This document shows positions 54,941 to 64,000 of a DNA stretch of 64,000 nt, piece by piece. Position 1 is the first letter of the stretch. Every line of letters starts with the position of its first letter. The translations under genes were made by a program, and so were the position numbers. The stretch lies in NCBI RefSeq assembly GCF_009834535.1, contig NC_045697.1, forward strand, positions 32,676,001 to 32,740,000, in the 5' to 3' direction. This DNA comes from Camelus ferus (Eukaryota). Below the pieces are notes generated by a model, which was given only the letters and a program-made list of their open reading frames with translations, did not search any database and was not told the origin of the DNA.

Positions 54941-55100
54941 AAAGCAGGTGTTCTCACTTGGTCTCCTGAATACTTGTCTTTTCCAATTTTGTGATGAGAA
55001 AGGAGAGAACTTTGTGAAGTCGACAACGAAAACAGTTTTCTTCACCTCAGGTGTCAAAGTAAATTTGTAAAACAGCAGCAACAAAACAGCATCCACAAAT
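54095..55100 (+). pseudogene. KLF13: Processed pseudogene of Kruppel-like factor 13 (5'-truncated CDS, stop TGA at 54838-54840, followed by 3' UTR)
   Basis: Read across frames: TLPKSQ..EGKASAFLFV / LEPEQKP..SEPRL..GRSHANLGSPRRNYKCHDAGCEKV / LRTHNGKRAFACGWQHGNLKFA / SAELAR* / WPTCGKLFKGEDRLRKPAR / SLSDANSSTTSPAHAP*. These parallel KLF13 ([79 protein letters not shown]). No intron in the zinc-finger linker; frameshifts, stops and lost Zn ligands. The 3' UTR may extend to ~55690. Confidence 0.88.
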
Positions 55101-55698
55101 TGCACAGTAGACACGTCCGCGAGGGTGAGATTCAGCGGTTCCTCCTTCTCAGGGATGGACATGTCCCAGAGTTCAGTAAAGGATTGACCCCCCCCGCTTC
55201 TCGCCGCCTTATCTGTACATAGATTTGCACTCCGGAGTTTCCTTTAGGTTCGGCAACACACTGGGGACAAAGCCCGCGAACCATTGCAGGTGGAGCTCTG
55301 TTCCTAGTCTGCATATCAGTGGATCAGTCCGTTGAGAGCTGTCGTGGTCACTGACATTTGTACTTTCAGGACAGATTCCTAAGCTGGGGGCCGTGCGTCT
55401 CCCTTTTACTGCCCATCCACCCAGCCTCCAGCCTCCGCTCTAGCTCCCGGCCAGGCTCAGAATGCAGACGGTTCTGAGGGACAGGTGGCCTTAAGCGATG
55501 GTGGACAAAGGGAGCACTCTACCCAAGGAGACTTCAGAGTCATCTGGCTTCATGAGGCCCTGCCTCTCCCTCTCTACGGGACCTTCTCTCTGGGGCCCCT
55601 CAGAGCACTGGAAGCAGAGATGCAACTCGGATTGGGTGGACAGTTGTGCCATCCCATGTCCAGTGTGACAAGCCCAGGCTATCCCCCTGAGCCTCAGC

Positions 55699-58300
55699 TA
55701 TTATGTGCTCAGTCCTGTGCCTGGGATGCTACCGTTGTCATGGCAAGCCGAGCATACTGACTGATAGGCCTCTTGTAGCCCACTGCAGACATGGGCTGCT
55801 GCTGCTTTTGCTATTATTGAATCTAGCTGACAGAAGTGGATGGCCCTTCTACTGCCCCGCCTCACAGTACAGGAAAAGCTTGTTTACGACCTTGTTCTCC
55901 TCAGGAGGAAGAAGTTCTCAATGATTAGTTACTTGAACTTGAGTTCCCAGGTCTGCTCATTCTGTGCCTTTTCCAGATCCTCCTATATGTGGACATGCTT
56001 ATCATACTTCTCCTAGATGTCTGCCTTCACTGCCTGCTGTTTGGCATAGAGCTTCTTGAGTTTCTTGGTTTTGACTTCGATGTCCTGCTGCAGGGATGTG
56101 TAGGTGCCCTGGAACTACCTGGTCTCCTCACCTCAAATCATCACCTCCTGTTGCATTTCCTGCTCGTGGCATTTTTTGCTTGGCAATCTCCTGACTCTTT
56201 AGTTTCTAAATCTTCTGCTGCTCCTTGGTGTGATCCATGATGTTCCTGCCCCAAAGGAGCAGCTTGCTCTCCACTGCCTTGTACTAGGATGCAAGCAGCT
56301 CTGGAGATCTTCCAGCATCTTCTCCTTCATCTTCAGCAACTTCCGCTTCTCCTCACTCACCAGGCTGCAGACATCCTGGATGGTCACCTTCTCTTCCTCT
56401 AGCCGCTACTTCTGCATCTGCAGGTAATTCTTTATGTTCTTATCCAAGGCCAGTTCCAATAGGCTGGGGCAGGTGGTGGTTGTTATCCTCCTCTTCTGCC
56501 TCCCAGGCCTTGATCACTGGCCCTTCATGGTATCCCACTGTGGCTGACATGGCCTTCTTTATGCTGCTACTCTTCTTCCAGAGCCACTTTCCCAGCGCCC
56601 CCTTCTTCTACAGATGAGACTTCAGGTAGGTAATCTCCTCCTAGAATTCTTGCAGCTGTGTGTCTTTGGGATCTTTGTGCACCCAGGGCTTGTTCATGAT
56701 ATTCTTGGCTCGGTTCACAAAGCGCAGGTTGGAGAGGGTCTCCTTGGAGCCAGTAAGAAGCTAGCTCCAGTGAGGCCACCATGATGGTCTTATCATTCCC
56801 CTCAAGAGAGTCCTGCAGCAGCCAGGTCAGCTTGGAGTCCCAGTAAGGGATATGGGTGCTCCTGTTGCCCACCAGAGCAGTGATCTGACAGGGCAGACAG
56901 AAAGAGATTTGATTTTGGAGGGTTCCTTAGGCCCTTCTCTACCACTGCCTTCACCTTCACCATCACCATTATGCATGAACTGTGTGCCTATCTTTTCAGC
57001 TTTGTAAGGACCTGCTTTATTCTGTTTCTTACTACTAGTCAGATCCACTAGATTGAGCTTACCCAAATAGATGTGGTCCTGGCTATCACAGCCACACTCA
57101 GTGCCATCCATGGTAATGACGAAGATGGAGTGGGAGCAGGAACTGACTTCATTCGTGTATGTGTTGCCCATAACCCGAGTCTGGTTCCACAAATTCATCA
57201 TATACTCAATCTCCTTGATATTCTTGGTGACAAAGGAGGAGAGGTCCTTGATGTGGATACCTCAGGGTTCTCTATCAGCTTTAGCCTCTTGCTGGGCTAC
57301 TTGGAGAGCAGATCTCAAATCTCCTTCTGGTATATCTCCAGGTAGGAGGCCTGGACCAGGTACTGCTGGTTCTAAGAGCATGAGAAATGAGTGAAGAAAT
57401 GCTCAAAGGTGTTACCCTGTACAGCTTGGGCTCCCTTGCATGGTATAGGTCATGCCACTGCCCATCTGGCCATAAGCAAACACCATGCCATTGAAACCCT
57501 GAAGCATTGAGTCTTCTAGAGGCCTCAAATTTTTATCATCTAAGTCTGATAGTGTGGGGATTCCACAGAATCACCTGGCCCAGTTTTACATCCACAGTCA
57601 GAATCTACTAGTAAATAGCATTCTCGTCCCTGTGGCTGAGAGAGTGGCACTGGGCCATCACCTTCAGGACCTCTCTGGCCTTGGTTTTACTGGCCATCTT
57701 GTTGCTCCGTCCTTCCACCACCCCCAACCTGGCGTACTCTGCAGCCTGGGTGGTCTTGCTGCGCTCTGTAGGTCTGGATCAGTGGGGCTGGCCCAGCCCC
57801 CCGGTGCTACTCTTCAGTCTGCATGCAGCCTTCCAGGGCGGGGATTCTGGGATATGGCCCCACTAGTGCTGCAGTCTGGGCCTCCACAGTTCTTCAGTCC
57901 TTGCAGCACTGGTTTGTGGGTGGGGAGGTGTAGAGCGGGGAGAATTAGGCAGAATTCCTCGAAGTCACAGGAGCTATGGTAGCTGAATGGCAGTGCCTAG
58001 AACTCCTCATTTTGGGGCAGAGGAAGCCCTGCTGTAAACAGCTATGGCAACAATGAGATACAAGAAGAGGAAAATGGGATGGGGGTTGGCACCACTGAAC
58101 AGTCTTCTCCTCTTCCTCCTCCTGCTGGTGGTGGGAACTGCTGGTCCTGGATGGCTGGGGGTCCCAGACTTCCCACGGGCAGAGACTCACATGGAGTCTT
58201 ACCTCAAAGATGGGGAATCATTCTTGCCACCAGCGTGGCTGTTGCTACCTCTGCCTCCACTTTATCTGTCACCACCCCTGGAGGGAAAAAAGAGAAAGGT
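55699..58300 (-). pseudogene. KIF3C: Processed pseudogene of kinesin-2 motor KIF3C (ATG at 57697; 3'-truncated; probable 5' UTR to ~58300)
   Basis: Minus strand reads MASKTKAREVLKV..., [19 protein letters not shown] (P-loop K lost), a KIF3C-specific Gly-rich loop-11 insert (QNKAGP...[15 protein letters not shown]), [33 protein letters not shown] and SAVGYKRPISQYARLAM. Intronless throughout, with early tandem TAG stops and deletions. The 5' boundary is inferred from GC content. Confidence 0.93.
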
Positions 58301-58824
58301 ATGAGAACAGCAGCGAGAGTAAAAGATCTCTCTTTATATGTAAAACTTCTCTGATCTTTTAAAGTTTGATTATCAGATGATGAGTATGAGCCATATCTTT
58401 TCTATCATAAAAATGTTTTCTAATATGTGAAGTTTTGTTTAAAAGAATATAAGCAAAAACAAAACCTGCCATTGCCAATGAAAACTCAGTGTAGATGATA
58501 TGCATACTTTTATATCATGTGAAAATTATACCTTCTTCTTGAATATATAATTATGAAAAACATTAATTTGGTGCCTCTGTGATAACTACTGGGTTTAGAT
58601 ACAGCTACTAAATGTTAAACCAGATAAGCAATTTCCGACTTATACCTCATTAGTTTTTGTTCCCTTCATTGGAGAAAGAAACAACTGTTTAATTTTTCTC
58701 ATTCTAAGTAAATGTCTGTCTGAGTTCTAGTGATAGAATTGGTTTTGCCCAGTTGAAGGATTCTTAAAAAAATATGCATCTAGTTGTTCCTAAGAAATGT
58801 GGAAGAGTTTCATTTCAACTTGTA

Positions 58825-59009
58825 TGTTTGGTTGTTTTTTTTTGGGGGGGGGGAAGGTAATTAGGTTTACTTATTTACAGATTACTACTATTATTATTCT
58901 GGAGGGAGGCAATTAGGCTTATTTATTTTTAGAGGAGGTACTGGGGATTGAACCCAGGACCTAGTGCATGCTAAGCATGTGCTCTACCACATGAGCTATA
59001 CCTTCCCCC
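58825..59009 (-). mobile_element. tRNA-derived camelid SINE (Vic-1-like)
   Basis: Reverse strand reads ggggaaggtaTAGCTCAtgtGGtagagcacatgcttagcatgcactaggtcctgGGTTCAATCCCcagtacctcc (A and B boxes), then an A-rich tail. Perfect 15-bp TSD tcatttcaacttgta at 58810-58824 and 59010-59024. Confidence 0.88.
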
Positions 59010-59999
59010 TCATTTCAACTTGTAGTTCATTGTAAATATGTTGTTTTCACTTTCATGGCAGTTTTGTCTTCCTCATCGCTTTTATATATCTTAGAACAAA
59101 ACAAATGACAAAAATGTAAACTATATACTTGTCTTGAGGACCTTAAAGAATTTAAGGAATTGATGGATCATATCTAGTCTAAAGCTACAGGATATTGACC
59201 AAAAAGGGGAAAATAGGAGATCTTCACTCGCAGTGGCAAACTTTGCATTGTGGAAAGAGTAGAATGATTTACTATGTAAGAAAGCTTAGTAACAAGGTAA
59301 TGCAAAATTAGAAATATGCTGAGAATGAGTTCGCATTACTATGGTATCTGGCTAGGAGACCACCAAATACCCTAATCCTGCTCTTAGCCAATCATCCCTC
59401 CTTGTGAAAAAAGAAAATATGTGCACAGTTATAAAAGGTCAAAGCCAGCTGAAGAAGACAATTACTGGCCATTACTTTGGTGGCAAACCTCAATGCAGGA
59501 GGTCTCCCCCTCAATTATGTAAGCCTGAATGGTGTATAATTACAAATACTGAAGTAAGTTCGCTTTTATCTAAGTGCAAACTGAAGTATCAAATTACTAG
59601 AGTTTGAGAGATAGGCAAAAAATTTACCCATTTTACCTTCCCAAGTGTGAAATCAATAAAGAGCCGTACCCAGAAGTCAAGCAGATGGCATTTGTTCTTC
59701 AGTCAAGTGGTTCTGCTCACAGCCTGTGCATTCTTGAAAAAGAGAAGAATATTAGGGGCTGAGTGAGGGGTGCTTGTACAACTCCTTGTCCCAAGAGAGG
59801 GTGTTTAATTATTATCTCCTCCCCTCAATGTTGACCATGTATTTATTATTGAAGGGCTTTTCAAAAAGTCAGTGGCATGTTTGGCTTTTCTCAGACAAGA
59901 AGTAGATGAAGGGAAATAGAAAATAGATGCTGAGAAAAGCAACATTCAACGCATAGAGATCAAAACTTGCCAATTGCGATAAACGACTAAAACATTTCA

Positions 60000-60510
60000 A
60001 CACAGCATTTAATGATGGAATCAAGGAAGCTCTACCCAAAAAGTACCAGACTTACATGTTTGCATAATTGAATTCTATCAAAACCTCAAGAAACTCATAA
60101 TTGCATTTCTATACAAATTCTTACTGAGAATAGAGAAGGAAGGAAAGCTTTAAATTATTTTTATGTAAATTCTTGGTATCGTTAATAACAAAAACTGACA
60201 AATATGCAAAAATAATTTCTAATATGAATAAACAGTACCAAACTCCTAAAATAAAATATTAGCAAGTACAACCCATTGAGGTATTAAAAGAATAACACAT
60301 CACAACCAAGATGAGCTCATTATAGTACTGGAAATATGTTTCAGTATTAGAAAATCAATTAAGTTTAACCCACTTAAGTATGTCAAAGGACAGAAACCAC
60401 AATATTTATTCATAGTTGTTCTAGATGACATTTGATACAACAAAATATCTATTCCAAATAATATTTCTTGAATAAAGCTTCTTTCCCATGATAAATTGAT
60501 AGTATAAAAA
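60000..60510 (+). mobile_element. Ancient L1 ORF2 fragment
   Basis: Degenerate RT-region motifs (ttcttactgagaatagagaaggaagga...aaatattagcaa...aataacacatcacaaccaag...catttgata). Confidence 0.6.
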
Positions 60511-61387
60511 ATTTAAAATATTTGCATGCTAGAATTATTTTTAAAAGGCAAAATATTTCCTATATATACTGCTAAAAGGGCAAATTTTCTTATATCTTAA
60601 CCTTGATTGCCTAGAAAATAGAACCTGAGACAAAAATATAATGTGCTAGCACTTAATTAAGAGGAAGGGTATAGCTTCAGGGAAGTGGAGGACAAAGGGG
60701 AGTGGGGAAGGAAAGGAGGGAGAACAAGCAAGTGGGTGCGATATTAAACAGACTGCAGCTTATTAAAAATACATCATATTTATAGGTCTCATGGTGTGTT
60801 CAGAGAGGTCATTTGAGCTACTGTTTCAGCTGTTGTCCTTCTTTTTAAAAAATTATTCCAGTGATTTGCGATACTGTCTTAATTGTATCCTAATTTTTAA
60901 AATATTTTCATTCATCTCTATTTTTATGGTATTCTATTGATCTATTTCCCACTTTTAATTGTTGGCTTAACTACACTTGGATATATTATTGGCTAGTTTA
61001 CCTGTTTTGCTCTTCTTTTGAAGAACTCCCTAAGATAGTTGCTTGCTCATTTTTTTCCCATATGAATGTGTGTTTGCCTAACTCCATCTTTTAAAAGTTG
61101 GTATTTTTTTAGGACCACATTCATTTTGGAAAATAAATAAGGAAGACCTGACTCTTTGGCTTTCTGTCTAATTGTCTGAAAGACTGCCATGAAAATGCTA
61201 TATGACAATTCTCCTGTACTCTCAGTTGTTTAAAAGAAAATTCATGTAGTCTCATGAATGTGTAGGGTACTTGTTCTGTGATTTCAGACAGCTTGTCTTG
61301 TGTGGTATTACGCTTGTCACTGAAATCAACTATGGGATGCTTGGGGCAGCTCTTCTCATTCTCCTTAGATAACAGTCCTTGCCAGGT

Positions 61388-61725
61388 GCTGTAATGTGAG
61401 TGTTTCTGTCCCTCCGAAATTCAGATGTTGAAATCCTAATCCCCACGGGATACTATTAGGAGGTGATTAGGCTGGGAATGTGGAACCCTCATGAATGAGA
61501 TTAGTGCTCTTATAAAAAAGGCCCAGAAATTTCATTCACCCCTTCCACCTCCTGCTGGTACAGATAGATGGCCATCTAGGATGCAGGCTTTTACCAGATG
61601 CTGAATCTGCTAGTGGTTTAATCTTGAATTTTCCACCCTCCATAACTGTGAGATATAAATTTCTGTTGTTTATAAGCTACCTGGCCTATGGCATTCTGTT
61701 GTAGAAGCCTGAATAGACCACTACA
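61388..61725 (+). mobile_element. MaLR LTR (MLT1A/MST-like)
   Basis: tgctgtaatgtgagtgtttctgtccctcc...gttgaaatcctaatcccca...ccctcatgaatgagattagtgctcttataaaa...aactgtgagatataaatttctgttgtttataagc. Confidence 0.8.
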
Positions 61726-63399
61726 CCTTGATATGTTACATTCATGGAAGGTGGCATGACGTACAATAAAGCAAGTAGAAACATATAAGATTACTTAATT
61801 TCTAGCTTTGAAACTAGCATACTGTCACTTCCACATACATGATGTTGGCAAAACCAAGTCATAGTCAAGTAAAAGTCAAGGGGTATGGAAGTACACTATG
61901 ATCATTTTGAGGCCACGGTGTGAATGCAGGAATAATTGGATATTGGATAAAAAACATTCAGTATACCACAGTTTACCTCTTGGTTTCAATTACTCCTGTC
62001 ATTCCTGCATGTAAAACATACTCATCTCCATCCCAGGACCACCATATGCCTTATACAATAATGACATCAGATTTTAAATCTAAGATATTCTGATTCATGC
62101 CAGGTTACATCCAATTCTCTTGTCCCACAGACCTATGAACTAAAAAAATAATCACCTATACTGCACATACCCTATATAAAATGCTGTCCAGGGAAAGAGT
62201 ACACACACAATACACATTCTCATTTTGAAAACGAAGACATTCTCATTTTGAAAAGCAGTCACTACTGTATATTGATTTTGAAACACTAGGCAAATGTTAC
62301 CAGGTACACAAACTCTTGGACTGTAGGTATTACTTGCTTAGGCATTCAATTCTAATCCCTAGGATTGTTTCCCAGATCCATATTTGTTAAATGCACCAGT
62401 GTGTATGTTGGTGACTGCCAACATCCTCAGCCTACTTCCTTCTAGTTGAACATTTGGGGCCCAGAGTCAGGCATTTTTGTTTGTTTGTTTTGGGTTCTAG
62501 ATTGAAGGTGTTTTGCTTATAAAATCCTCTCTGAAACTTTGTAAGGTTTTGTGTGTCTGAGGATAACCAGTTCTGTGCCAAAAGCTACATTCACAATTTT
62601 TTTTTGAACCATGACTTTCTTGTTGGACTTAATTATTAATACTCTGATAATATTATGCTACATTGGGACTTACATTTTTTTAGGAGGCCTGTTGACCGTC
62701 TAAAAGAAGAGAAAGCTCACTCTCCTTGAACTGGTGTCTAGCCAGATTATGTTCCTATCATAGTGTTCGTCGAGGGGAAGAGAGATAAGTGGTCAAAGTA
62801 AATCACCAGGCCAATAACAATGTCGAAGGAGTGGAGAAGAACCTTACATTTATGATAAGGCCATGGCACGGATAGGAATGCAATGAAAACTAAGCAATTG
62901 GTACCAATAATTGCCTAAATCGTAACCCCCACCCAATGCAGTAACTTTCCAATTTGTTCAATTACTCAGTCCTTTATGAGGTTTTGTAAGTGTTACTTTT
63001 AAAAACATAACACATTTCTTTTTGATTTTATCCCTAGATATTTTAACTTCTCTTGCTATTTTCACTGGAGTTTTCTTTTGCTGTCTTCTACCCACAGTTT
63101 ATATAAACAAAAGTTGTTGATTTCCAAGATACCTCATACTGCCTTTTATACTACCTTAAGAAGTTTCTCTTCTTATAATAATTTTCAGTTGTGTTGGAGT
63201 TTCTGATCATATTTTTTCTGTAGAGGATGTTCTCTGGTGGACATTAATATGTGAGATGATCCTAACACTTTATGCCAACTCCTGTTGGTTCAATTACATT
63301 TTTCTTTCCTAGATGTCCTTGAACTCAATATTCCAGTGTTATCTCTTCCATGTTTGTGGCCACATGGTCAAATCGTTTCCCAGTATTCATGAATCCATG

Positions 63400-63830
63400 T
63401 GTGATGGTTAATATTATGTGTCATCTTGACTGGGCCCCAGTGTGCCCAGATATCTGGTTAAATGTTATTCTTGGTGTGTGTGGATGAAATTAACATCAAA
63501 TCATTAGAGTAAGTCAAATTGTCCCTTTCAATGTGGGTGGACCTCATCCAATCCATTGAAGGCCTGAGTAGAACCAAAAGATGGAAAAAAGTAGAAAATT
63601 CACTCTCCCTGCCTGTCTTTGAGCTGGGACGTTGGTTTTTTTCCCTGTCCTTGGACTCAGACTAGCATGTACAGCTTTGGCTCTTCTGGTTCTCAGGCCT
63701 TTGAACTCTAACTGGAATTTTACTGTGGGCTTTGCTAGATCTTCAGCTTGGAACTGCAGATCTTGAGACTTTTCAGTCTCTATAATTATGTGAGTTAAAT
63801 CCTTGTAACAAATAATCTTTATATATATGT
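63400..63830 (+). mobile_element. MLT2 (ERVL) LTR
   Basis: tgtgatggttaatattatgtgtcatcttgactgggcc...tgcccagatatctggttaaa...catccaatccattgaaggcctga is the canonical MLT2 start. Confidence 0.85.
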
Positions 63831-64000
63831 GTACATATCACCAGTATATATGTATATGTCATCAGTATGTATGAATATATTATATACATATAAAATTATG
63901 TAATGATAGGTTAATTGTACAATCTGAAAAAGACAAGAGACCTAAGTTATGAGTTATATACTAAGCTTAAAACCAAACAAATCTTCTCTAATATTAATGC

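Noticed and set aside
54057..54941. Several overlapping 66-183 aa ORFs on both strands as a novel gene
   Set aside because: Expected in very GC-rich DNA. The + strand ORFs are frameshifted pieces of KLF13, mostly with non-ATG starts, and no zinc finger is intact.
58044..58304. 86-aa ORF with a signal-peptide-like Leu run
   Set aside because: The Leu run comes from a ctc/ctg low-complexity tract antisense to the KIF3C upstream region; no homology or splice support.
58930..59009. tRNA-like sequence with A and B boxes
   Set aside because: It is the head of a SINE with an A-rich tail and TSD, not a tRNA gene.
62214..62254. 18-bp direct repeat acattctcattttgaaaa with a 5-bp spacer
   Set aside because: Only two copies; an ordinary micro-duplication, not an array or CRISPR-like structure.

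Overview
AT-rich, repeat-dense mammalian genomic DNA, very likely from a camelid (a Vic-1-like tRNA-derived SINE with a perfect 15-bp target-site duplication lies at ~58.8-59.0 kb). I see no intact protein-coding gene, RNA gene or convincing host exon. Most of the window is interspersed repeat: one decayed full-length L1, a twin-primed (5'-inverted) L1, many L1/L2/MIR fragments, ERV1/MaLR/ERVL LTRs, Tigger1 and hAT relics. The main non-repeat structure is a GC-rich block at ~54.1-58.3 kb. It consists of two processed pseudogenes joined tail-to-tail with no poly(A) on either: a KLF13 retrocopy (+) that is dead as a protein but still a dense CpG island, and a KIF3C retrocopy (-) that is CpG-eroded and truncated at its 3' end. 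A 70-bp locally templated insertion followed by snap-back palindromes (~17.4 kb) is another clear structural oddity. I find no evidence for a new multi-gene biological system. Gene and repeat-family names come from recalled sequences, not from a database search, and most boundaries are approximate.
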